From contig CBDAOY010000007.1 of assembly GCA_965198225.1 (NCBI GenBank), positions 896,001 to 960,000 of the forward strand: a DNA stretch of 64,000 nt, read 5' to 3'. Below, in pieces: positions 1-9,020 of the stretch. The notes below the pieces were generated by a model. The model saw only the letters and a program-made list of their open reading frames with translations, ran no database searches and had not been told where the DNA came from. How positions within the stretch are numbered: the first letter of the stretch is position 1; every line of letters starts with the position of its first letter. Made by a program: the position numbers and the translations under genes. This DNA comes from Terriglobia bacterium (GTDB taxonomy: Bacteria; Acidobacteriota; Terriglobia; 20CM-2-55-15).

Positions 1-950
1 GATTCTTCTTCAACCGGGACACGGGCGGCAGCTCGTACTGGAATCGGACCGCAGGGGCCGACATGAACCTGCGCTTCTTCCAGCGCCGCTTCGCCATCTC
101 GGGTTTTGCGATACGAACCGACAATCCGGACAAGAACGAGGAGAACCTTGCCGGCAGTTTCGAGACGTCTTACCGGGACAATTTCTTTACAGCGCGCGGC
201 GGTTACCTGTCGGTCGGGGAAGGCTTCAATAACGATTTCGGATTCACGCGCCGGAAGGCAATCCGCAAGGGCGACTTCTTTTTCAGTGTCAGCCCACGTC
301 CGAATACCCGACTGATACGCGCCGTTGTCCCGCAGGTGCAGTCCACCTACGTCACGGACCGTAATAATCGAGTCATCACCAGGGAACACCGGGCTGGACT
401 CCGCGTCAACTTTCAGGATGGCGCGAACTTCGGGGTCGACCGCAACATGCGTTTCGAACGACTCGATCGGGCATTCCCCATCCGCTCGGTCATCGAGATC
501 CCGGCAGGCGATCACGGCTTCGATGACTGGAACGCGACCTTCCGAACGTCCGGTGGGCGACGCATTACCGTCGGTGGCAACCTGAGAACCGGCGATTTCT
601 GGGACGGAAAGAGACGCCAGACCGGCCTGAACCTGAGCTATCGGCAGAGCATCTATTTGAACAGTGCCATCAGCTGGTCGAGAAACAAGGTCGAGCTCGC
701 CCAAGGGAACTTTACGACGGACCTCATCGGCCTGCGGTTGAACTTTGCCTTCTCACCGCGGATGTTCTTCGAGAACTTCATCCAGTACAACTCTGACCGC
801 CGAACCGTCTCCTCCAACGTCCGGTTCCGTTTTATCCATCATCCTTTGAGCGACTTCTACGTTGTCTACACCGAAGTTCGCGGGACCGGCGGCAATCCCG
901 AGCTCCATCGCACGCTGACCATCAAGCTCAACAACCTCTTCGCCTTCTGA
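1..950 (+). CDS. C-terminal part of an outer-membrane beta-barrel protein (DUF5916-like); 5' end lies outside the window
   Basis: Frame is open from base 3. Alternating hydrophobic beta-strand pattern, C-terminal Phe (...NNLFAF), and FIQYNS...SNVRFRF motif typical of DUF5916. Confidence 0.7.
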   Translation, partial: FFFNRDTGGSSYWNRTAGADMNLRFFQRRFAISGFAIRTDNPDKNEENLAGSFETSYRDNFFTARGGYLSVGEGFNNDFGFTRRKAIRKGDFFFSVSPRPNTRLIRAVVPQVQSTYVTDRNNRVITREHRAGLRVNFQDGANFGVDRNMRFERLDRAFPIRSVIEIPAGDHGFDDWNATFRTSGGRRITVGGNLRTGDFWDGKRRQTGLNLSYRQSIYLNSAISWSRNKVELAQGNFTTDLIGLRLNFAFSPRMFFENFIQYNSDRRTVSSNVRFRFIHHPLSDFYVVYTEVRGTGGNPELHRTLTIKLNNLFAF

Positions 951-996
951 AGCGACAACCTCTTGGCTTTCTGAAGATGTGTATGATGGTCGGCGC

Positions 997-1791
997 ATGC
1001 GTCGTCCGATCAAAGTGTTCATCTTCCTGTTTGTACTGGCGCGGGCGCCCGCCATCGGCGCACAGAGCGGACCCTACGACGCCACACCTCAACGTCCGAC
1101 ATTCACCTCCGACACATCGACCACAGCGCCCGGAACGATGGAGATCGAATTCGGGGGCTCCGCCACGGGCTCGGGTGGCGGCTTTCTGGCGTTGCCGACG
1201 ATGCTGAAGTTCACACCCGACGTCGGGGCCGGTGTCTTCCGTCAAGCCGAGTTCAGCGTGAGTTTCGACGCCCTGCAGCGCGATTCTTCAGGGGCGGAAA
1301 CGGAATCGCGCTTCGGCGATTCGCTGCTGCTGGCCGTGCGTCGTCCGGTCTTGGAGGGGGATTCGTTCTCGGTGGCCGTCGCTCCACTCGCTCAGTTCTT
1401 CCTCCGCGATCAGGCCGGCGCACGGCTGGGCTTGCTGGGCATCGCGGCCTATTCGTCGGGCCTCGAGGCCGTCGTTGCCAACTTTACCTGGACGGCAGCG
1501 ACCTCTTCGTCGCCGGCGAACCCGGCGCACAAGTACGACTTCGCCCTGGACTACGCGCACACCATGGGCTCGACCGGGATTGCTTCTCGGCTCGGCGTGT
1601 TTGCGGGAATACTGATCGAAAAGCCCACCCAAGCGGACACATCCGTTTCGATGAGCCAGGGAATCACCTACCGGATGCGTCCCGACCTGGTCTGGGATGT
1701 GGCCATCGTCGAGAACGGTCTCGCGTCAGGCCAGGCGGGTTACCAGGTATTGGCCGGGCTGACCGTCAACCTCGGTCGACTGGTCCCTTGA
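997..1791 (+). CDS. Putative outer-membrane channel of the MetA-pathway-of-phenol-degradation transporter type
   Basis: Signal peptide MRRPIKVFIFLFVLARAPAIGA, then RPTFTSDTSTTAPGTMEIEFG motif and beta-strands ending in YQVLAGLTVNL. Confidence 0.55.
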   Translation: MRRPIKVFIFLFVLARAPAIGAQSGPYDATPQRPTFTSDTSTTAPGTMEIEFGGSATGSGGGFLALPTMLKFTPDVGAGVFRQAEFSVSFDALQRDSSGAETESRFGDSLLLAVRRPVLEGDSFSVAVAPLAQFFLRDQAGARLGLLGIAAYSSGLEAVVANFTWTAATSSSPANPAHKYDFALDYAHTMGSTGIASRLGVFAGILIEKPTQADTSVSMSQGITYRMRPDLVWDVAIVENGLASGQAGYQVLAGLTVNLGRLVP

Positions 1792-1811
1792 CAGCAATCT
1801 GCCGGCTTGAC

Positions 1812-2165
1812 GCTTCATGCATGGTGGGGGGTTGCAAAACGGGGACAAGCGCAGGGTTCGGCATATTGGCCGGCGTTTTGCTTCCGAAGGCTTCATAACC
1901 GTCTGTAACAACTACCGCCTCACACCACCCAACGCCCATCCGGCCCATATCGAAGACGCGGCGGCGGCGTTTGACTGGGTCTATCGAAACATCGGGGAAT
2001 ACGGAGGCGATCCCGGCATGATTTTTGTGTCCGGAGGTTCGGCCGGCGGTTACCTTGCAGCGCTGCTGGCCTACGACAACCGGTACCTCGCCGAACATGA
2101 CTTGTCCACGTCGCTGACTACGGCCGTGATACCGATCAGTGGGCTCGTCGACGTGACGCGGGCGA
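1812..2165 (+). pseudogene. Internal fragment of an alpha/beta hydrolase (lipase/esterase)
   Basis: HGGG oxyanion motif, NYRL and GGSAGG nucleophile elbow. No normal N-terminus and no catalytic Asp/His half. Confidence 0.75.
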
Positions 2166-2234
2166 ATCGTCGCCCGTGCAGAGGTCCAGAGCCGAAAAGC
2201 CTTCTGCGTCCGGCGCAGTTTGCGCGGTGCCTCT

Positions 2235-4094
2235 TTACCAACCCACGGCGTAGGCCACCCGCCTGGGGTCTGCTCCGGCCCACAAGGTCCCGGTTCTGAG
2301 GTCCCGAAAGATCCCCTGGTTGCTGCCGAGGCTGTACGGAGCCGCCAGCTCCACGTGGTGCCCGATGTCCATAAGCGACGCAGCAATCGCGGGGTCCACA
2401 CGGCTCTCGAGGTTTAGGACGACCTGTGCACCGGGTAGGTAGAAGTTCGGCTCTACGGTCAACGCGAACCGCGGCGCCGCCACTGCCTCCAGAATCGACA
2501 TTTCGAACTCCAACACGTTGAGTACGGTCTGGAACTGTGTCTGGCCAATGGTCTCGCCGCCGGGAGATCCGATCGCGAGGACGAACTCGCCGTCCTTCAT
2601 GACAATGACGGGGGAGTTGTTCAGCAACGGAATCTGCCCACCGCGGACGTAGTTGACGTCGTCCTGATACGGGGAGGTCGAGCCGATCCGGGTCCCGTTG
2701 TTAAACAGCAGTCCGGTAGTGCCGACGACCACCCCAGTACCGAACCCTCCACCGTGGGTCGGCGTGGCGGCTATCACATTCCCGAATTGATCCGCGACGG
2801 AGAAGCTGGTCGTACCGCCTACCTCTGCATCCTCATCGAACTGCGGTCCACGAGGGGCCCCGATCAGCGCCGGGGCGTCGGCTGTCGAGTGAGGAGGCTG
2901 GCCCGCTTCCGGATAGTCCATCGCCGCCGACCGGCTGATAAGGCCGCGGCGCTCGGCCGCGTACTCCTTCGACAGCATGCCGGCCACCGGGATATCAGTG
3001 AAGTCGGGGTCGCCGACGTAGTGGTAGATGTCGGACTTCGCGACCTTGATCGCTTCAGCAAGAATGTGAAGAGTCTCCGCGCTGTTGTGACCCAGTGCCC
3101 TGAGGTCGAAGCCTTCAACGAGGTTCAGCTGCATGGCGACTTCGAAGCCGCCTCGGGACGTCGATGGGCTCGAGTAGATGTCGTAGCCGCGGAAGGTCGT
3201 GTGAACCGGCTCGGCCCAGATCGGCTCGTACGCGGCGAAGTCGTCGAGCGTGAAGTCTCCACCGTTTTCCCTATAGAACCGGGCCATCTCTTGGGCGATG
3301 TCGCCCTTGTAAAAGCGATCGAAGGCGGCTTGCAGAGCTTGGGACCTGCTCTTGCCCTCTGCGAGCGCCTGTTGCTCGGCTTGCACCACCTTCCTGAAGG
3401 TGTTCGCCAAGTCGGTCATGCGGAACATTTCCCCCGGCTCAGGCACCTTCCCGTCAGGCATGAACACACCAACGCTCGTCGGGAACCGTTCGAAGAACGA
3501 TCGCGATCGGGCGATGGAGCCGGCGACAGACTCCTCGATTGGATGGCCGTTCTCCGCGTAGTCGATAGCGGGCTCGAGTACCTCGGCCAGGCTCATCGTT
3601 CCGAACCGGTCGAGGACCGCGATCCAGCCTCCGAACAGCCCGGGCACCACACCGGCTCGAATCCCCTTATTCAGGGACTCCCGCGTCATCGTCTCGGGGT
3701 CGATCGCCAGGGCCGCGGCACCCGTCGCGCCCAATGAATAGACCTGATCGGTCGCCTTGTCGTAGATCGTGAAGAAGCCGTTCCCCCCGATACCCGAGCT
3801 CTGTGGCCTCACGACGTGCAGGGTGGCTAGGGTGGCCACTGTGGCGTCGGCCGCGTTGCCTCCCTGAAGCAGGATCCTCAGTCCCGTCGTCGATGCGAGT
3901 GGATGACCGGCGGTGACCGCTCCGTTCGTGAATTGGACGGCCGGTCGGTACACGGAAAGAGACTGAGCCGCCGGACCCGCGGCATCCGGGTGTATCTGGT
4001 CCTGGCGGTTTTGCGCCAGCAGCCCGGCAGGTGCCAATAGGGTCAGGATCAGGAGGCCACCAATCACGACCCGGAATCTGCTCTCGATGCTCAT
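2235..4094 (-). CDS. ggt: Gamma-glutamyltransferase family protein with signal peptide
   Basis: GGNAADA, SGIGGNGF, VPG, nucleophile GTTSFSVAD, GSPGG and C-terminal GADPRR motifs. Likely start at MSIESRF. Confidence 0.9.
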   Translation of the reverse strand: MSIESRFRVVIGGLLILTLLAPAGLLAQNRQDQIHPDAAGPAAQSLSVYRPAVQFTNGAVTAGHPLASTTGLRILLQGGNAADATVATLATLHVVRPQSSGIGGNGFFTIYDKATDQVYSLGATGAAALAIDPETMTRESLNKGIRAGVVPGLFGGWIAVLDRFGTMSLAEVLEPAIDYAENGHPIEESVAGSIARSRSFFERFPTSVGVFMPDGKVPEPGEMFRMTDLANTFRKVVQAEQQALAEGKSRSQALQAAFDRFYKGDIAQEMARFYRENGGDFTLDDFAAYEPIWAEPVHTTFRGYDIYSSPSTSRGGFEVAMQLNLVEGFDLRALGHNSAETLHILAEAIKVAKSDIYHYVGDPDFTDIPVAGMLSKEYAAERRGLISRSAAMDYPEAGQPPHSTADAPALIGAPRGPQFDEDAEVGGTTSFSVADQFGNVIAATPTHGGGFGTGVVVGTTGLLFNNGTRIGSTSPYQDDVNYVRGGQIPLLNNSPVIVMKDGEFVLAIGSPGGETIGQTQFQTVLNVLEFEMSILEAVAAPRFALTVEPNFYLPGAQVVLNLESRVDPAIAASLMDIGHHVELAAPYSLGSNQGIFRDLRTGTLWAGADPRRVAYAVGW

Positions 4095-4199
4095 GGCTCT
4101 CGTCCTCGTTTTCACAGGGTGACGGCCGATCTGAAGGCCTGATGCCCGTAACCCACGATACCGCCCACACGCGGGCGACGCTCGCACGGTCAAGGCGCT

Positions 4200-4263
4200 A
4201 CCTAACGGACACTCGCTTAAGCTGCAGCGCGAAGCGCTGTCAGTCTTCAAGCGATTGCTAGGC
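4200..4263 (-). other. Integron attC site closing the second VOC cassette
   Basis: Minus strand reads GCCTAGC-aatcgcttgaagactgacagcgcttcgcgctgcagcttaagcgagtgtcc-GTTAGGT: an imperfect palindrome with R''/R' boxes just after the gene stop. R'' is GCCTAGC rather than GCCTAAC. Confidence 0.8.
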
Positions 4264-4276
4264 CGCTGCACCTTCT

Positions 4277-5095
4277 TTATCCGGGCACCACCGCCACATA
4301 CGCCCCCACTGGATCCTGAAGCACCGCATATGCGTACCCCCGATCGTTCGCCGGTGTCTCCTTGATGATCTTACCCCCTTCCTGCGGTACGCGACGGAGA
4401 CTTTCGGCGAGGTCGCCAACGGGGAGGTAGAGCATCCAGACAGGCGGCACATCCAGGTTCACGCCGCGGGCATGGCAGACGCCCGCCGCGGCGTTTCCAT
4501 CATCGCCGAGCATATTGTAGTCGGCGTAGCGCTTGCTCGCGTCGTCCATCTCGACGTCCTTCGCGCTCCAGCCAACGACCTGTCCGTAGAACTCACGGGT
4601 TGCCGTGGCGTCAGATACCGTCAAGTCGAGCCAGGCGACGCATCCCACAGGTGCCGACGGATCGCGCGATGCGGCGCCGTCTGATGCGGAAATTTCTTCC
4701 GTCGAAACGACTGGAATGATCCCGAACGTCGCCCCATTGGGATCGAGCAGCACCGCCCACTGGCTCTTTCCATCGTCGTCCTTGCCATGCATGAGCTCGC
4801 TCCCGCCCAGACCCAGGGCACGCTCAACACTCGTTGCGACATCAGCGACCTGAATGTGCGGCATCCATTGGAGAGGGAGCATCTCATGCTCCGTGCTACG
4901 CGCGCCCAATCCGATGATCGGCATGCCGAGGTTGTTCATTAGATCCTCGCGCCAAAGCGGGCTCTCACCCGTGCTGAGTACACGCGAGTAGAAGCGCACT
5001 TCACGTTCGTGTTCGGGAACGGCGATGTCGGCGCTGAGGACTCCGCCGACGCGTGGAGCAAAGGGGTCACTCATGGTTTGCGTCCTAATTGACAT
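4277..5095 (-). CDS. Two-domain VOC/glyoxalase family protein (integron cassette 2)
   Basis: WMPHIQVADV...DPNGATFGI and WLDLTVSDA...FYGQVVGW...DPVGA repeats. Confidence 0.85.
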   Translation of the reverse strand: MSIRTQTMSDPFAPRVGGVLSADIAVPEHEREVRFYSRVLSTGESPLWREDLMNNLGMPIIGLGARSTEHEMLPLQWMPHIQVADVATSVERALGLGGSELMHGKDDDGKSQWAVLLDPNGATFGIIPVVSTEEISASDGAASRDPSAPVGCVAWLDLTVSDATATREFYGQVVGWSAKDVEMDDASKRYADYNMLGDDGNAAAGVCHARGVNLDVPPVWMLYLPVGDLAESLRRVPQEGGKIIKETPANDRGYAYAVLQDPVGAYVAVVPG

Positions 5096-5236
5096 TGCGT
5101 GGGAGTGAAAGGCTCATTGGCCAGATATCGTACTTCAATGGTCATCGCGGCGACGATTGTCGAGGCAGGGGTGGAGACCTTCTCGAAGAATCGTGCCGCG
5201 TGAGGTCACACTTCGTGTCGGTTTGATCCGGGGTCG

Positions 5237-5368
5237 GCCTAACGACCAAGTTCACCGGGCACGCGGCCCAAGGCGAGTAAACGTTGAACAATCGGAAAAG
5301 CGTAAACGAAGGTGAAGACGTTGAAAAGCCGAAAGACGAGCGTGCTCCGGTGCAACGCCTTGTTATGT
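5237..5368 (-). other. Integron attC site closing the first VOC cassette
   Basis: Minus strand reads ACATAAC-aaggcgttgcaccggagcacgc...gcgtgcccggtgaacttggtc-GTTAGGC: canonical RYYYAAC-like/GTTRRRY cores with paired L boxes. Confidence 0.88.
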
Positions 5369-5385
5369 GGTCAGCGTCGCGGACA

Positions 5386-5913
5386 TCAATCTTGCCAGAA
5401 CCCACACTCGATGCCACCGTGGATAACAATCGCAAACATGCCATGTTCGGGAATCTCCATTGGTGGCATCGCGATTTCGGCTCCCGCTTTTGCGGCAGAC
5501 TCGACAGCTGCCTTGATGTCATCGACAAGCATATACGGTCGCACGACTGGTGTCTCCGTATCACGCAGTGGTCCGCGAATGCCGATCAAGCCGCCGCCAT
5601 CCAGTTTTGCAGTACGAGCACCACCAAAGTTGCCATCAGGTTCACTGAAGGTAATGCCATGGACTGTTGAGTATTGACCACACAAGGCATCCACTTCCGG
5701 TGTCACAATTTCAAGGTATTGGACTTTCATCGTTTCTCCTGCCGCAAGCGGATTTGATTCTCGGGTTTCATGGTTCAACTCATCATTGGATTCCGTCTGC
5801 TGAGCTTTATCGGTGCTGGATTGATTGCATCCGGTGATCAGCGTCACCAATCCCGGAGGAATCGCGAGTGCAAACCCGGTGCGGAGTACGTTACGACGAG
5901 TAAGTGAAGGCAT
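5386..5913 (-). CDS. VOC/glyoxalase family protein with possible Tat-lipoprotein leader (integron cassette 1)
   Basis: TRRNVL...ITGC leader. VOC domain runs MKVQYLEIVT...PYMLVDDI...GIECGFWQ. Confidence 0.8.
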   Translation of the reverse strand: MPSLTRRNVLRTGFALAIPPGLVTLITGCNQSSTDKAQQTESNDELNHETRESNPLAAGETMKVQYLEIVTPEVDALCGQYSTVHGITFSEPDGNFGGARTAKLDGGGLIGIRGPLRDTETPVVRPYMLVDDIKAAVESAAKAGAEIAMPPMEIPEHGMFAIVIHGGIECGFWQD

Positions 5914-5925
5914 GGAATTCTTTCC

Positions 5926-5990
5926 ACATAACTACTATTAGACGGAACTTCGTAGTAACACAAAACACGCAATCCCGCCCACCTAGCAAC
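5926..5990 (-). other. Probable attI site / start of the first cassette
   Basis: GTTATGT core (minus strand, 5932-5926) complements the ACATAAC at the end of cassette 1. It lies between the intI stop and the first cassette. Full extent uncertain. Confidence 0.55.
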
Positions 5991-6071
5991 ATCCCGCCAG
6001 TTGGGTGTAATCCATCCGAAACCAGCGGGATAAAGACAAAAATTGTATGAGCGCTATCCTGACCGATCCGG

Positions 6072-6340
6072 CTATCTATGTCCATCAGATTGGACCAATG
6101 AATCCGCCGGGCTCCGGACTCCGCCCGGGCCGCGGTTCAGCACGTGTGTGTAGACCATCGTTGTGCGAACGTCCTTGTGGCCGAGGAGGTCCTGGACGGT
6201 GCGGATGTCATATCCGTCCTCGAGCAGATGAGTCGCGAAGGAGTGTCTGAATGTGTGACAGGTGGCGGTTTCGCGATGCCGGACCGCGGGACGGCGCTGC
6301 GGACGGCCCTTTGGATTACCGACTCATGAAGGTGGTGGCG
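6072..6340 (-). pseudogene. intI: Integron integrase C-terminal fragment, frameshifted and 5'-truncated; absent from the ORF track
   Basis: Manual translation: [79 protein letters not shown]. Contains the IntI-specific RHH insertion and YTHV...SP end. Confidence 0.92.
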
Positions 6341-6341
6341 T

Positions 6342-6444
6342 GCGGATAAGCGGAATAAGCAGGGTCTGACGACTATGGTAGCACTGAGATTGTCGTCGCA
6401 TGGGTGTTATGTCAACCCGCGCGCGGCGGCAGGCCGTCGCGCGG
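6342..6444 (+). repeat. 103-bp dispersed junction element, copy 1
   Basis: GCGGATAAGCGGAATAAGCAGGGTCTGACGAC...GGCCGTCGCGCGG, near-identical to 8518-8620. Confidence 0.95.
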
Positions 6445-6599
6445 CGCCACGCATGTCGGGCTACGGCGGCAACATCGTTCAGCTGATGCCGAATGGCATG
6501 ATTGGATTTCGTTTTGGCAATGGCGGCTCTGTCCCGCTCGAGCGGATGACCGTTGTCGCGGACAAGATTCGTCCATTTGACGAATACCCCCGTCGCTGA
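6445..6599 (+). pseudogene. C-terminal gene fragment, possibly of a serine hydrolase/beta-lactamase-like protein
   Basis: PRMSGYGGNIVQLMPNGMIGFRF...* starts abruptly at the repeat boundary. Confidence 0.45.
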
Positions 6600-6660
6600 C
6601 AGCGCCCCTTTTGACTATGCTTTTATTAAACTATGCTAAATCGGTTGAGGATCAATCAAA

Positions 6661-7347
6661 ATGAGCGAAACGCGCTATCCGAACGAGAGCCCTGAATATC
6701 GCAAAGCCCGCGACGAACTGCTGGAAGCCGAGCAGGCACTGGTCGAACAAACCAGGGCCGTAGCCGAAAAACGCCGGCAACTTCCTCCTGGTGGAAAACT
6801 GAAGGAGGACTACGTATTCCAGTGGGCCAATGAAGGCAAGGTCGGGGAAGAAGTGCGCTTGTCCGAGCTGTTCGGCGACAAGAACACGCTTATTCTTTAT
6901 AACTTCATGTACGGCCCGGCCTGGGACAAGCCCTGCATGTCTTGCACAACGTTGATGGATGGTTTTGATCGTACCGCCTACCCGGTGTCACAGGATGCGG
7001 CATTCGTCGGAATTGCGAAGGCGCCCGCAGACATGATCCATGACTGGGCGTCGCATCGCGGCTGGACGAAAATCGGACTTGTGTCAGGCGCCAATACAAC
7101 ATACCAGGCCGACTACAACTGCCAGGGCGAGAACGACGACATGCAATGGCCGATCATGCACGTATTCCGGAAAGTCGACGGCGAGATCTACCACTTCTGG
7201 GGAACCGAATTACAGGGCAACCATGTCGATACCGTCTGGCCGTACTGGAACATGATGGACTTCACGCCCGAGGGCCGCCCGGACTACATGGCGCCCCCGC
7301 AGGATTTCACGTCAGAATTCCTGCAGAAGCACTACCTGGACGACTAG
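6661..7347 (+). CDS. DUF899 family thioredoxin-like protein
   Basis: RDELLEAE...RRQLP, LSELFG, YNFM and CMSC motifs. Confidence 0.9.
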   Translation: MSETRYPNESPEYRKARDELLEAEQALVEQTRAVAEKRRQLPPGGKLKEDYVFQWANEGKVGEEVRLSELFGDKNTLILYNFMYGPAWDKPCMSCTTLMDGFDRTAYPVSQDAAFVGIAKAPADMIHDWASHRGWTKIGLVSGANTTYQADYNCQGENDDMQWPIMHVFRKVDGEIYHFWGTELQGNHVDTVWPYWNMMDFTPEGRPDYMAPPQDFTSEFLQKHYLDD

Positions 7348-8399
7348 TCCGCGTCGAGTGGCGCGCAAGGTTCCAGGTCACTCATCGCAATGCCGCCGCG
7401 ATTACCAATTGTGACGGTGCCATAGCGCTCGGCAAAGATGTCCGGCAGTGGCCGGTCATTGGGCATGGATAACCATAGCCGCAACAGGTGGCGACGGTCT
7501 TCTATTTCCGGCCAGTCTTCAAAACCGGTTCGATCGTGCAGCAATCCGTGGTTGTAGACGAACTGCAGATCGCCCGGTTCCAGTTGCATGGACAAATTTA
7601 ACCGAGTGTCGTTGGCCAGATTGTCGAATAAGTCGAGTGCGTCAATGTGCTCGGGCGTCAGCTGCATGGCGTTCTCGAATCGTTGTGCCGAATCGATGTA
7701 CTGGCGCTGGTACATCACCGTCAGGAAGTCGTGATCCCAGGTTAAGACCGGAATCGAAAAGAACGGCTGCATGCCGTCGGGAATTTCGCCGCGCCGGTCC
7801 GTCGCTATCGGGTCGAACAACAGTTTGGCGAGGTCCGGGCGAGTTTCCAACATTTCGTTGTAGATGGTGATTGCGCTCACCAGGAGCGAATCACCGCCCT
7901 TTTTTGCCTTCTTCAAACATAGCAGGCCGACCACGTCGCTGGAATCGGTGTGAAAGGTCTGCCGTTCATTGGTCTGGTAAATCCGGACGTCCGGTGCGTC
8001 GCTATGCATGTCCAGGTCGCGTACGTGTCCAAGCACATGCCCCTTGGCGTTTTGCATGCGTGCGCTACCGAGATGTGCGCCAACGCCGTAAAACATGATG
8101 GCCGCCTGTTCGACTGTATATCTCTCGACCGGGAGTCGACGCAGCAATGCAAAGCCGATGCCTTCTACAAGCTGTTCAGCGAGTTCTTCCACCCTTGGTC
8201 CCAGTCCCGCGAGTGGAAAATTCTTCCTGTTAATTGAAACAATGGGAATAGCGAGCTTCGCGATGCTGCCTGCCGCCGCTTCAATCTCAGCGATCTCTGA
8301 ATCTCTCAGATCAATGATCCACTGGTCCGTATCTGCCCTGAGATCGGGCCCATACCAGGCCAGCGCACATTCCTGCCGTTCCGGTATTTGCATTGCCAT
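7344..8399 (-). CDS. TauD/TfdA family Fe(II)/2-oxoglutarate dioxygenase
   Basis: FHTD facial-triad motif, GGDS, NHGLLHDRT and RHLLRLWL. Start placed at the ATG after CAGGAAAG. Confidence 0.88.
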   Translation of the reverse strand: MAMQIPERQECALAWYGPDLRADTDQWIIDLRDSEIAEIEAAAGSIAKLAIPIVSINRKNFPLAGLGPRVEELAEQLVEGIGFALLRRLPVERYTVEQAAIMFYGVGAHLGSARMQNAKGHVLGHVRDLDMHSDAPDVRIYQTNERQTFHTDSSDVVGLLCLKKAKKGGDSLLVSAITIYNEMLETRPDLAKLLFDPIATDRRGEIPDGMQPFFSIPVLTWDHDFLTVMYQRQYIDSAQRFENAMQLTPEHIDALDLFDNLANDTRLNLSMQLEPGDLQFVYNHGLLHDRTGFEDWPEIEDRRHLLRLWLSMPNDRPLPDIFAERYGTVTIGNRGGIAMSDLEPCAPLDAD

Positions 8400-8517
8400 C
8401 TTTCCTGGTCGCGCTCCATGGTCGGAGAGGTGTTTCGCTCGTGACAATTATCCCGTCATTGACGCACAATGCCAGCGAAGCAGTCATTGCGAAGTTGATT
8501 GGGCACCTAATTACGTT

Positions 8518-8620
8518 GCGGATAAGCGGAATAAGCAGGGTCTGACGACTATGGTAGCACTGAGATTGTCGTCGTATGGGTGTTATGTCAACCCGCGCGC
8601 GGCCGCAGGCCGTCGCGCGG
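8518..8620 (+). repeat. 103-bp dispersed junction element, copy 2
   Basis: Direct repeat of 6342-6444 with about 2 mismatches. Confidence 0.95.
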
Positions 8621-9020
8621 TTGCCCGTACAGGATCGTCCCGTCTGTCTCCCAACTGATACCGAAGTTGTTGCCACCAGGCTCGGTGAGCAATTTGGGCG
8701 CACCTCCCGTGACGGCGACCTTCATCAATCGTGGGCGTGCAGCGTTTGATACGAAGTCCATATAAACAATCTGCTGCCCATCGGGTGAGAAAACAGGGTC
8801 TACCAAACTAGCATCACCAATTCCCGGTATCATCTGGGCTTCGAGTCCATCCATAGCCCGGAGGTAGAACCCGCCCGTGCCTCGGTACACGAACTGTCGG
8901 CCATCGGGTGAAATCGCAACAACTTGCCGCCCAAGATTTGAAAAAGTAATCCCCTCCGGCAGCTCGTAGTCAAAGCGGCTGACGGAGACAGGTTCTACAG
9001 GCCTCAGAGTCCACCCGCCA
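8621..9020 (-). pseudogene. Internal fragment of the TolB/PD40 beta-propeller of a Ser/Thr kinase
   Basis: AISPDGRQFVY, PVFSPDGQQIVY and KVAVTGGAP, similar to 36599-39217. Cut by the repeat on one side and IS6 on the other. Confidence 0.8.

Noticed and set aside
2235-4199. ggt as a third integron cassette
   Set aside because: No attC is found after its stop, and it looks like an ordinary host gene.
6375-8658. Short ORFs containing MVALRLSS(H/Y)GCYVNPRAAAGRRA, also at 16937-17284 and 17843
   Set aside because: These are translations of the 103-bp repeat. Copy 3 shifts frame and copy 4 is deleted, so there is no sign of protein-level constraint.
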